NCBI GenBank assembly: GCA_963555755.3
Contig: OY820905.2
Location: 32,001 to 96,000, forward strand
DNA: 64,000 bases
Source: Nitrospirales bacterium
GTDB lineage: Bacteria; Nitrospirota; Nitrospiria; Nitrospirales; UBA8639
Reading direction: 5' to 3'
The notes beneath the pieces are model-generated. The model did no database searches, was not told the origin of the DNA, and saw only the letters and a list, made by a program, of their open reading frames with translations. Both the position numbers and the translations under genes were made by a program. Below, one piece after another: positions 52,132-62,455 of this stretch. Position 1 is the stretch's first letter; the number at the start of each line of letters is the position of its first letter.

Positions 52132-53143
52132 TATGCCTTCCCATTTGACTAAGGTTAGTCCCTAGACTAGTCTGCTGGACTATGGACACAGGGTATGCTG
52201 CTGATATCTTGGATTTTTCTGTTAGGTTCCACACCGAAGAAGCGTGCTTCGAGTACTTGCGGGCGATTCGGTGGCCAGACGGGTTTATGTGTCCAGCTTG
52301 CGGTCATCGCGGTGGTTGGTGGCTCAAAAAATATTTCCGGTTTGAGTGTTCGTCGTGTCATAGACAGACATCACCGCTAAGCGGCACAGTGATGCATAGA
52401 TCGCACTTGCCGCTACGGCTTTGGTTTTGGGCTGCCTATTTCGTCTCCACGCACACACCTGGCATCAGTGCTGTGCAATTGCAGCGTCAACTCAGTATCA
52501 AGAAGGTGGATAGCGCCTGGTATTTGCTCCACAGATTGCGACGAGGAATGGTACGACAGAACCGTGAACGGCTCGCAGGAACAGTTGAAGCCGATGAAAC
52601 CCATATCGGTGGACCGGTAAAAGGCAAAACGGGCCGTGGCGTCGCGAAAGCGAAAACCAAGACGTTAATAGCCGGAGCCGTAGAAATTGTCACGTACACA
52701 CAAGGGGATCACTTTCGAGAGAAAGCAGGGCGTTTACGATTAGCGATTCTTCAAGACGCTGGAGAGAACGAGATCAAAGCATTCCTCAATAGCCATGTCG
52801 CTGAGGGCAGTAAGATCAAGTCCGATGGTTGGAAGGGATACTCGGCAAAAGCCTTGGCAGGATACGAACACCTGAGACGGACCCAGGGTGACCCAGCAAG
52901 TGCTGGGAAGCACGCTCCACACATCCATAGAGCGTTCGGCAATCTGCAGACCTGGCTGAACGGGATTCACCATGGAGTGGATTCAAAATACCTGCAACAC
53001 TATCTTGATGAGTTTGTCTTTCGCTATAACCGCCGTGAGACTCCAATGAGTACCTTCCAGAGTTTGTTGAAAATCCTGACCAGCAGCTCAAAACCCTTGG
53101 GATTCAATAAACTGAAGCAACCTTAGTTAAATGGGAAGGCATA
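52132..53143 (+). mobile_element. IS1595-family IS
   Basis: IRs TATGCCTTCCCATTT(G/A)ACTAAGG; 8-bp TSD AAATCTCT (52124-52131, 53144-53151). Confidence 0.93.
52182..53126 (+). CDS. IS1595-family transposase
   Basis: RWPDGFMCPACG zinc ribbon, VEADETHIGG, SDGWKGY, YLDEFVFRYNRR. Confidence 0.95.
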   Translation: MDTGYAADILDFSVRFHTEEACFEYLRAIRWPDGFMCPACGHRGGWWLKKYFRFECSSCHRQTSPLSGTVMHRSHLPLRLWFWAAYFVSTHTPGISAVQLQRQLSIKKVDSAWYLLHRLRRGMVRQNRERLAGTVEADETHIGGPVKGKTGRGVAKAKTKTLIAGAVEIVTYTQGDHFREKAGRLRLAILQDAGENEIKAFLNSHVAEGSKIKSDGWKGYSAKALAGYEHLRRTQGDPASAGKHAPHIHRAFGNLQTWLNGIHHGVDSKYLQHYLDEFVFRYNRRETPMSTFQSLLKILTSSSKPLGFNKLKQP

Positions 53144-53414
53144 AAATCTCTTATGCTCTAACACCGGTGGACCCTGTAAGAAAATTAATCGTTCGTTAAA
53201 ATTGACGCATGAGGGGCTAGGCATTAGCGACCAGGATTTTAATATTGTCGTCAATCATTTGGCCGATACACTCAATGAGTTCAAAGTTCCTGCGCGAGAG
53301 CAACAAGAGCTTATGACCAAGATAGGCAAACTCCGAGCCTATATTGTTGAACGAAAGGAATAAAAACCATTCTATTGATTCCTTGTCAGTGAAAGATAAA
53401 AGGGGGCTAGGGAA

Positions 53415-54951
53415 CAGGGCCACCTCATGAAGATTTTTTATTAATCACTAAATCCAGAGTCTGATCATCCCACCCACACATTTTTCTGAGTCGTTTTATG
53501 GACTGCCTGTTGGTTTTGGCCAGCTGTAATAAATTCAGCGCCACATGTCGGATGATGGCCATGGCATACGGGGCATTGCCCTTTCGAATCCGCGAATAGT
53601 CTTCATGAAACGACATGTCGAGCACCCAGTGGAGCGTGTTCTCGATCGCCCAATGACTTCTCACGCTGTGCAGCACGTTCTCCGGCGAATCCGCGAGTGA
53701 AGAGATATAATACCGGACATCGTTGGTCGTTTTTTTTGATTCTCTCACCGAGTGGATTTTGATCATACTGCGGATCGAGGCCCATTGGGGATGTCGGTGG
53801 TGTAACCATTCGACGTCAGTACCAACCCAGCATTCTCTGGTTTCGAGCCGTCCATGCCCCTTGTCATAATCCACATGGCTGGCGAGAGGCTGGGGCAGCT
53901 CGTGGTCAGCAAAATACGCCATGACATCTTCCGCTAAATGGCTTTGGTTGCCTTTGAGGGAAAAAATATACTCCCCGCCTTTTTGCAAAATTTGCTTGGC
54001 AATCTTCACCTGGCAGCCCATGGCATCGATGGTAATAATATGGCCGTGCACATCGAGCCACTTCAGCATGAGAGGGATCGCGGTAATTTCATTACTCTTG
54101 TGGGATACTTTTTCTTGCCCTAGAACAATGCGGGCTTCGGTCGCAACGGCACTCAGGACATGGAGCATTTTTGTCTCGTCGTCAAAGCTGTGCCGTAAGC
54201 TTTTGCCGTCAATGGCAATCACTTTCACGTCGGCTTTCTTGGCGAGGCCATCCACCCATTTCCGAAAGAGGCGTTCAAATTCTTCTGGGTCGATATGCCG
54301 GTAAAACCTCCGAACGGTATCATCGCTGGGGGTACCATTGGCATACTCAAGATATTGGCGCAAATAGGGGAGTTTGAGTGTGCCAAAATCCTCGACATCT
54401 TGCCAGCCTTCCGCGCCGCAGATGCAGGCGCACAGGCTCAGCAGCAAGATTTCTTCGACACGATACAGCTGATTCCGTTGAGATCGTGGATCGGTTAATG
54501 CCGCAAACTCATCGACGAAACTGGGTTCTGCTTCGAGGGGGGCCATGCCGTCTTTATACACGCTTTTGCCTTGTGGAACCGGCCCTTTTCTTTTCCGCCC
54601 CGTGGGAATAAGCCCCTCGGCCTCCGTAATCACCCCAATTTGGCCTAACGTGATTTTCTGGGGCCAGGGTTTCTCTTTGATCCGTTTGGACGTAATGGCA
54701 TAGAGATAATACTTGCCCCGGATGTTGCGGAGTTCTGTATTTTTGGTCTTATGTTTGAGGGCCCAGTCGGGATGTGCCATGGGTTTTCAGGAGGCGTAGA
54801 CGTATGACGTGCTTATAGTATATACCACGTAATACAAAAACACCACAAAAAAACATCACCTTCATGTCAGCAGGCAATGTTTCTCTGGTTGGCGGTGGCT
54901 TTCCAATACCACGTGATGCCTATGTTCTTTTTATTTCATGAGGTGGCCCTG
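53415..54951 (-). mobile_element. ISAs1-family IS
   Basis: IRs CAGGGCCACCTCATGAA; 10-bp TSD GGCTAGGGAA (53405-53414, 54952-54961). Confidence 0.95.
53425..54780 (-). CDS. ISAs1-family transposase with an N-terminal extension
   Basis: DPR, IAIDGKSLR, KSNEITAIP, ITIDAMGCQ, RSHWAIENTLHWVLD. Confidence 0.95.
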   Translation of the reverse strand: MAHPDWALKHKTKNTELRNIRGKYYLYAITSKRIKEKPWPQKITLGQIGVITEAEGLIPTGRKRKGPVPQGKSVYKDGMAPLEAEPSFVDEFAALTDPRSQRNQLYRVEEILLLSLCACICGAEGWQDVEDFGTLKLPYLRQYLEYANGTPSDDTVRRFYRHIDPEEFERLFRKWVDGLAKKADVKVIAIDGKSLRHSFDDETKMLHVLSAVATEARIVLGQEKVSHKSNEITAIPLMLKWLDVHGHIITIDAMGCQVKIAKQILQKGGEYIFSLKGNQSHLAEDVMAYFADHELPQPLASHVDYDKGHGRLETRECWVGTDVEWLHHRHPQWASIRSMIKIHSVRESKKTTNDVRYYISSLADSPENVLHSVRSHWAIENTLHWVLDMSFHEDYSRIRKGNAPYAMAIIRHVALNLLQLAKTNRQSIKRLRKMCGWDDQTLDLVINKKSS

Positions 54952-54979
54952 GGCTAGGGAATTTCCCAACCCTTTTTTC

Positions 54980-55772
54980 GGTATTGTCAACTTAACGATC
55001 GATGGGCAAATTGAGCCAGCTAAGCCGAGCTGCTTATGCGCACACCGCTTCCTTCCAGACCTGAAAGGCCTGGGTGCGCAACAGTCGATAGTTGACCGCC
55101 TGCATGAGGTGGCGGCCGAGACGAAAGAGATTCTGGGTGAGTCCGTGTAACGTCAAAAACCGTTGAGCTTGAGTTGCTGAAGAAAACCCTCGCATATGAT
55201 ATTCTTGTTGCCGCGTGGGTTGGTGTGACACTTCAACTCGGTTATTCGCGTAGACCGCATTGATATGCTCGACGGTCGGCATGACGGCCCGGTGTGCGGC
55301 GCCGTAGCTTTTGAGTTTGTCGGTTATCATCCAGCGCGGCTCACCGCCTTGGCCTTTCAGTAAGCGGCGGAAGAAGCGCCCGGCCGCGTGTTTATTGCGT
55401 CGGCGTTGCACCAAAATATCAATGGTATCCCCGTCTTGATCCACGGCTCGCCAGAGATACTGCTGTTCGCCTTGGATGGACACAAACACTTCATCCAGAT
55501 GCCACGTATCACCAAGACGACCTTGTCGCTTCTTCAATTTCCGCGCATAGGCTGGCCCAAATTTCTGGCACCATTGCCGTATGGTCTCATACGTGACGGT
55601 GATGCCCCGTTCGGCGAGCAGTTCTTCCACTTCACGGAAGCTGAGGCAGAACCGATGGTACAGCCAAACCGAGTGACTGATAATTTCGGAAGGAAAACGG
55701 TGACGTTGGTAGCTGGGTGGTTTGTTTTTCATGCCACCCAGTCTGTCAACTGCAACTTAAATTGACAATACC
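54980..55772 (-). mobile_element. IS6-family IS, type A copy 4
   Basis: Same IRs and 793-bp length. Confidence 0.95.
55034..55732 (-). CDS. IS6-family transposase
   Basis: Close homolog of 568-1266. Confidence 0.95.
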   Translation of the reverse strand: MKNKPPSYQRHRFPSEIISHSVWLYHRFCLSFREVEELLAERGITVTYETIRQWCQKFGPAYARKLKKRQGRLGDTWHLDEVFVSIQGEQQYLWRAVDQDGDTIDILVQRRRNKHAAGRFFRRLLKGQGGEPRWMITDKLKSYGAAHRAVMPTVEHINAVYANNRVEVSHQPTRQQEYHMRGFSSATQAQRFLTLHGLTQNLFRLGRHLMQAVNYRLLRTQAFQVWKEAVCA

Positions 55773-55845
55773 GTTAGATGGCAAGAAGGGAACAATCGGA
55801 ATGAGTCAACAAATGGTTGGCCTAAACTTTTGTCATTATGTTTGC

Positions 55846-56385
55846 TCAAACGAATAATTTGCCCATCCGGGCGACCATTTCGTACGCACGATCCAAATCA
55901 AATTCAGAAAAATCCCTTTCTCGCAATACAGGTTTCAAGCGGGAGTCCAGTTGTCGCCTTAAATGCGTTAAACGGTCTACTCCTATATCGATCGGCTCAT
56001 TGCCGGGTACGGTGAGCTTATATTTTACCAACGTGATTAATTCTTCGTCCTCTGGTTTCAACCCGTGTTTCCTGGCGAGATAATCAAGATCGTAGAAATC
56101 ACGAATCGCAGCTTCCCTCCTTGTTAAGGCTGCTCGAAACTTCTCAGCAGTGGCTTCAGGCTTGGATATTGAATTCACTTCCACAGGGTTGACTCCTGGG
56201 ATACCCGATACTGGATCGAGTAGGATCGTTCGCGCTTTGCCAAGCATAGGTGCGGTCAGTAATGGCTCGCGAAGGCTAATTTCGATACGGATGTTATTCA
56301 TTTGGTTATCAAGCAATGAAATATAGCCGACACTGCCACAATACTGTGTCGAATTATTCGCGCCCTCTAATGGTTCTACAATCTG
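55846..56385 (-). pseudogene. 5'-truncated duplicate of the AbiEii gene
   Basis: Same translation as 62456-62995; lacks the KGGT and SEDLD catalytic half. Confidence 0.92.
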
Positions 56386-56533
56386 TAAAGGGGTCAAATC
56401 TTTGGTTGATAGTTTCGGAAGATTGGAGACTTTGCATCTATAGCCTACTTGTTGGCAATACGCTTTCTCCTACACTCCTTATGGGGTTGGACTAGGAATA
56501 GAGTATTAGTCAACCAAAGATTTGACCCCTATT
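56386..56533 (+). repeat. 148-bp IR-ended element F, copy 1
   Basis: TAAAGGGGTCAAATCTTTGGTTGA...TCAACCAAAGATTTGACCCCTATT; no TSD. Confidence 0.95.
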
Positions 56534-56952
56534 CTGCCACTGCGGCGAGCGAAACCGTACAAGGCACTCTTGCGGTGAAGGCCGCTAAAGCAGCTGGCGT
56601 GCAACACCTTATTTGGTCAACCCTTCCTAACTGTAAAGAAATTTCCAATGGCAAGTACGAGGTCATACATTTTACCGGCAAGGCTCGTGTAGATGCCGAA
56701 GTGATAGCCGCAGGTTTTCCGTACAGCACATTCGTTGAGGCGCCGATGTATTTCCAAAACTTTCTTGGGATGATGGCTCCGCAGCCTCTTGGAGACGGAC
56801 GAATAGGGTGGACCATTGCGATGAGTCCGGATTCCAAAAGTGTGCACGTTGGTGATCCCACCGAACTTGGCAGACTGGTTGCGCGGGCATTGGAGCAGCC
56901 AGAGATCTTTGGGCAGGGCCAATATCTGGCACAAGCCTCGGAAACAACGAGA
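56534..56952 (+). pseudogene. Internal fragment of an NmrA-family protein
   Basis: AAKAAGVQHLIWSTLPN...HFTGKARV; lacks both the Rossmann N-terminus and the C-terminus. Confidence 0.85.
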
Positions 56953-57100
56953 TAAAGGGGTCAAATCTTTGGTTGATAGTTTCGGAAGATTGGAGACTTT
57001 GCATCTATAGCCTACTTGTTGGCAATACGCTTTCTCCTACACTCCTTATGGGGTTGGACTAGGAATAGAGTATTAGTCAACCAAAGATTTGACCCCTATT
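56953..57100 (+). repeat. 148-bp element F, copy 2
   Basis: Identical to copy 1 by eye. Confidence 0.95.
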
Positions 57101-57233
57101 GAAGCATTATTGTTGTTTCATGGTTATTACGGCATTTAGCTAAATATAAACCATCATCTCTTAACTGAACAGACACAACTCCACCACCATTTTTTGCTTT
57201 ATGGCATTTTAAGCAGGAGAAATTTAGCTTCAT
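57101..57233 (-). pseudogene. 5' stub of a Cys/His-containing hypothetical protein, cut by F copy 2
   Basis: Manual translation MKLNFSCLKCHK...RDDGLYLAKCRNNHETTIML. Confidence 0.55.
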
Positions 57234-57416
57234 TGTTCTAGTTTCTATTGCTGTTAACCGCAAGTGATTTGGCAGAGTTTTGGGATAACATGATAATTTT
57301 GAGGAATGTAATTATTGGTCTCAAAGGCTTTACCCCATGGCAGTAGTTTATTCTAGCAGTTCAAAAACACAGTACTTACTTACCTTATTTATCCTGCAAA
57401 AGAGGATGTATGAAGC

Positions 57417-59320
57417 CAGGGCTATTTCATATTAAAGTGTAACTTTATAGATAATAAGGAATAATCGATTTAGGCTGGCTTTTTCTTTTCGTTTACGGCA
57501 TACTCTTTTGCATGCCAGACGAATCGCCAAGCGGACAGCCGGACATTGATCTGAGGCAAGTCGTGGTTCGCCCAATTGTCCGAGACGAAAAGGACGCCTT
57601 CAAGACCCTTCTCGACAGACACCACTACCTCGGTCATGCCCCGCTGATTGGCCAATCGATACAATATCTCGCCTGTGTGCAGGATCGCTGGCTGGCCTTG
57701 CTGGTGTTTGCGGCGGCGGCCCTCAAATCGAGACCGCGAGACCACTGGATCGGCTGGCCCCCCTGTTTTCAATGGCAACGACTCCATTTACTGGCCAACA
57801 ACACCCGGTTTCTCATGCTGCCGGGCTGTTCGCAAAAGAACCTCGCCTCGAAAGTCCTGTCGCTCTGCGCGAAACGGATCTCGTCCGATTGGCAACTGTA
57901 CCACGGCTACCCCTTGCTCCTCTTAGAGACCTTCGTCGATCCTGCCCGCTTCACCGGGACCTGCTATCGGGCCGCCGGGTGGCACGAGCTCGGTCTGACA
58001 CGAGGGTTTCGCAAGTCGAACACGTGTTATGTTCAGCATGAGAGACCGAAGCGCATCCTAGTCGTGCGGCTGCATCCCCAAGCCCGAGAGATCCTTGCAC
58101 GCCCGATGCTTGATCAGCCCTATCAGAAAGGAGAAGCGCCTCAGATGAGATTGAATACAAAACAGACGGACTCCCTCTTTACGTATGTGGTGCAGCTGAC
58201 CGATCCCCGCCATTTGCAAGGGCAACGGCACACCCGACGCGCCCTCACGGCGATCATGTTCTGTGCCACCTTGTGCGGCGCGCGCGGCTATGAAGCGATC
58301 TCGGACTGGGCCCAGCAGTTATCGCAGCCGATGCGCAAGCGGCTAGGCTGTACTCAGCGAGGGGGGCGCTACCTCGTCCCGAGCCGCAGCACTCTTTACC
58401 GCTTTATCACGGCCGTCGACCCCTGTGAAGTCGATACCCTGCTCGGCCGGTGGCTGGACACCTTCGGCGGGGAGGATCAGGGCATTGCCATTGATGGGAA
58501 GACCATGCGGGGGACGTCGAAGGTCCCAAGCGAACAGCCCCACGTCCTCAGCGCCGTCACCCATCAAGCCGGGCGCCACCTCACCCAAAAAAAGTTCACT
58601 CCAAGACCAATGAGATCCCCTGCGTGCGGCCCCTGTTAGATGCGCTCGAGATCGCAGGGAAGGTGATCACGGCGGATGCGCTCCTCACCCAGAAAGAGAT
58701 TGCCGAGTACCTGGTGCACGAACGCGGCGCCGACTTCGTCTTCACCGTCAAGGGAAACCAGCCCACCTTGAAGCACGACATTGAGGCCTTAGCGTTGCGA
58801 GCACGCCGGTGCGATTATGCCACCACCGAGAAAGGCCATGGGCAGATCACGACCCGCAGGATCTGGTGCGATGACTCCCTGAATGCCTATGTCAACTTTC
58901 CTCATGTCCAGCAAGTCTTCTGCATTGAGAGGGAAGTGACGCATCTCAAGCAGGGCCTCACGACCGTCGAAGCGGTCTGCGGTGTCACGAGTCAGTCCAA
59001 AGACAAGGCGGGGCCGAAGACCATCCTCTCGCAAAACCGAAAGCATTGGAGTGTGGAGAATAAGCAGCATTATGTGTTGGACGTCACCTTTGATGAAGAC
59101 AGGAGTCAGATACGAAGTCTCAATGGCCCAATGGTCATGACCTGTCTGAGACGCTATGCCATCAGTCTCTTACGCCTGAAAGGCTACACCAATATCGCGC
59201 AGGCGTGTAGACTGCTCTGGGGCAAGCCCCATTTAGCCATCCGCATGGCCCTGCCCTGAAAAAGAGGGCACAAAAAACCTCATGGAATCCCTTGCTTATA
59301 AAAAGAATGAAATGGCCCTG
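57417..59320 (+). mobile_element. ISAs1-family IS with DUF4338-like domain, tandem copy 1 (1904 bp)
   Basis: IRs CAGGGC(T/C)ATTTCAT; flanked by TGTATGAAGC. Confidence 0.95.
57512..59259 (+). CDS. DUF4338-ISAs1 transposase, two ORFs joined by a probable -1 frameshift
   Basis: HHYLG, ANNTRFL, ETFVD, GTCYRAAGW; IAIDGKT; A-AAA-AAG at 58588-58594 gives KTNEIP in the -1 frame; HWSVENKQHYVLD. Confidence 0.88.
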
Positions 59321-59330
59321 TGTATGAAGC

Positions 59331-61234
59331 CAGGGCTATTTCATATTAAAGTGTAACTTTATAGATAATAAGGAATAATCGATTTAGGCTGGCTTTTTCT
59401 TTTCGTTTACGGCATACTCTTTTGCATGCCAGACGAATCGCCAAGCGGACAGCCGGACATTGATCTGAGGCAAGTCGTGGTTCGCCCAATTGTCCGAGAC
59501 GAAAAGGACGCCTTCAAGACCCTTCTCGACAGACACCACTACCTCGGTCATGCCCCGCTGATTGGCCAATCGATACAATATCTCGCCTGTGTGCAGGATC
59601 GCTGGCTGGCCTTGCTGGTGTTTGCGGCGGCGGCCCTCAAATCGAGACCGCGAGACCACTGGATCGGCTGGCCCCCCTGTTTTCAATGGCAACGACTCCA
59701 TTTACTGGCCAACAACACCCGGTTTCTCATGCTGCCGGGCTGTTCGCAAAAGAACCTCGCCTCGAAAGTCCTGTCGCTCTGCGCGAAACGGATCTCGTCC
59801 GATTGGCAACTGTACCACGGCTACCCCTTGCTCCTCTTAGAGACCTTCGTCGATCCTGCCCGCTTCACCGGGACCTGCTATCGGGCCGCCGGGTGGCACG
59901 AGCTCGGTCTGACACGAGGGTTTCGCAAGTCGAACACGTGTTATGTTCAGCATGAGAGACCGAAGCGCATCCTAGTCGTGCGGCTGCATCCCCAAGCCCG
60001 AGAGATCCTTGCACGCCCGATGCTTGATCAGCCCTATCAGAAAGGAGAAGCGCCTCAGATGAGATTGAATACAAAACAGACGGACTCCCTCTTTACGTAT
60101 GTGGTGCAGCTGACCGATCCCCGCCATTTGCAAGGGCAACGGCACACCCGACGCGCCCTCACGGCGATCATGTTCTGTGCCACCTTGTGCGGCGCGCGCG
60201 GCTATGAAGCGATCTCGGACTGGGCCCAGCAGTTATCGCAGCCGATGCGCAAGCGGCTAGGCTGTACTCAGCGAGGGGGGCGCTACCTCGTCCCGAGCCG
60301 CAGCACTCTTTACCGCTTTATCACGGCCGTCGACCCCTGTGAAGTCGATACCCTGCTCGGCCGGTGGCTGGACACCTTCGGCGGGGAGGATCAGGGCATT
60401 GCCATTGATGGGAAGACCATGCGGGGGACGTCGAAGGTCCCAAGCGAACAGACCCACGTCCTCAGCGCCGTCACCCATCAAGCCGGGCGCCACCTCACCC
60501 AAAAAAAGTTCACTCCAAGACCAATGAGATCCCCTGCGTGCGGCCCCTGTTAGATGCGCTCGAGATCGCAGGGAAGGTGATCACGGCGGATGCGCTCCTC
60601 ACCCAGAAAGAGATTGCCGAGTACCTGGTGCACGAACGCGGCGCCGACTTCGTCTTCACCGTCAAGGGAAACCAGCCCACCTTGAAGCACGACATTGAGG
60701 CCTTAGCGTTGCGAGCACGCCGGTGCGATTATGCCACCACCGAGAAAGGCCATGGGCAGATCACGACCCGCAGGATCTGGTGCGATGACTCCCTGAATGC
60801 CTATGTCAACTTTCCTCATGTCCAGCAAGTCTTCTGCATTGAGAGGGAAGTGACGCATCTCAAGCAGGGCCTCACGACCGTCGAAGCGGTCTGCGGTGTC
60901 ACGAGTCAGTCCAAAGACAAGGCGGGGCCGAAGACCATCCTCTCGCAAAACCGAAAGCATTGGAGTGTGGAGAATAAGCAGCATTATGTGTTGGACGTCA
61001 CCTTTGATGAAGACAGGAGTCAGATACGAAGTCTCAATGGCCCAATGGTCATGACCTGTCTGAGACGCTATGCCATCAGTCTCTTACGCCTGAAAGGCTA
61101 CACCAATATCGCGCAGGCGTGTAGACTGCTCTGGGGCAAGCCCCATTTAGCCATCCGCATGGCCCTGCCCTGAAAAAGAGGGCACAAAAAACCTCATGGA
61201 ATCCCTTGCTTATAAAAAGAATGAAATGGCCCTG
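59331..61234 (+). mobile_element. ISAs1-family IS, tandem copy 2
   Basis: Same as copy 1 apart from one visible SNP; flanked by TGTATGAAGC. Confidence 0.95.
59426..61173 (+). CDS. DUF4338-ISAs1 transposase (frameshifted), copy 2
   Basis: As copy 1; EQTH versus EQPH. Confidence 0.88.
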
Positions 61235-61425
61235 TGTATGAAGCAGTGGGACTTGAATGGTCCAGCGTATTTTAGGTAGGTTAAAATGTTTTCTGATTTT
61301 TTAAAAAAAGCGAAAACCCCTAGCAGCTATCTTTCCCTAGTACGCTGCCGTATTGTAAAAAAATCCTACGAAGGAATCATCAAAAGATTGACTCCTTACC
61401 AGACTGGACATTGGGGAGACGATAA

Positions 61426-62002
61426 CTATTCCTTTCGCCATCGGGCTATGACGTCTTCGAAGGTAACATCCCGCCACGGCTTTTGCCATTCTTTGTGGAA
61501 TTTAACACTCTGTGAGTTTGGCCCTGGTTTAGGCAAAGACATTTGCAGCACTGCCGGAAGAAGAACAGCATCACCTACCACAACACATTCGCCTGGGGCC
61601 AAATTTGGCAAGATATCAGTTATTGCATTCGAATTATCAGGAAAGAGCCGTCGAACATAATTTTGATCGGAATTGTTTGTCAGTCGTAAAGCTACAAAAT
61701 TGTTGCACTGTGCGAAGATTGCTTCAGACACTTCTGACGGTCTTTGGCTAACCACCATTAAGCTTAGTCCATACTTCCGCCCCTCTTTCGCAATTCGCTC
61801 CAATGACTTGCGGGAAGACCTATATGCTGCATTGTCATTTTGAGGAACATAGTTATGTGCTTCTTCGCAGACGATCATTACAGGAATATCATTTAAAGAA
61901 TCTTCTGTATGGCGAAGTTTTGAATAGTGGAAACAGAAGTCGAAAATTAATCGAGAGACCAAACTAACTGTTATGCTCAACACCTCAAATGGAATTCCGC
62001 TA
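61426..62002 (-). pseudogene. C-terminal fragment of a HerA-like ATPase, cut by F copy 3
   Basis: IVCEEAHNYVP, RIAKEGRKYG, SQRPSE; no Walker A motif. Confidence 0.88.
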
Positions 62003-62150
62003 TAAAGGGGTCAAATCTTTGGTTGATAGTTTCGGAAGATTGGAGACTTTGCATCTATAGCCTACTTGTTGGCAATACGCTTTCTCCTACACTCTTTATG
62101 GGGTTGGACTAGGAATAGAGTATTAGTCAACCAAAGATTTGACCCCTATT
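62003..62150 (+). repeat. 148-bp element F, copy 3
   Basis: One visible substitution relative to copies 1 and 2. Confidence 0.95.
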
Positions 62151-62151
62151 T

Positions 62152-62298
62152 GAGCATGTGAAAATATGCGAAGGCCCGACGTGCACCCTATGGTTCAATG
62201 ACGTCAGCAAGAATCACACGCGACGGTGGTGCAGCATGGCGGTGTGCGGCAACCGAGCCAAAGCCGCAGCACACCGAGCAAAAAACCGGTCAGCGTGA
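62152..62298 (+). pseudogene. C-terminal CGNR zinc-finger fragment, cut by F copy 3
   Basis: Manual translation EHVKICEGPTCTLWFNDVSKNHTRRWCSMAVCGNRAKAAAHR...*. Confidence 0.85.
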
Positions 62299-62455
62299 TT
62301 TGTCTAAAGGATCAGAGGCATTGGACGAAGCCACTCGCCTGGGTGTATTCACGTAGCGAAGCGGAGGATAGCGTCTTCGATATGTTAGATGGAAAGCAGG
62401 GAACAATCGGAATGAGTCAACGAAAGGTTGCTTAAATTCTTGTCATTATGTTTGC

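Larger units (their letters stand above)
51852..53363 (+). pseudogene. Second exported truncated hemoglobin, interrupted by IS1595
   Basis: TLYERLGG...KNKNLLC resumes after the IS as SNTGGPCKKINRSLKLTHEGLGI...YIVERKE*. Confidence 0.9.

Noticed and set aside
57512..58140. DUF4338 as a Druantia defence system
   Set aside because: The domain is fused to a transposase inside IS ends; no other dru genes are present
61426..62002. Functional HerA defence system
   Set aside because: Only the C-terminal part remains; the Walker A motif and partner gene are absent
56386..62150. F repeats as a CRISPR array or integron attC array
   Set aside because: Repeats are 148 bp and the intervals are hundreds of bp of broken genes; no cas or intI gene, and no GTTRRRY cassette boundaries
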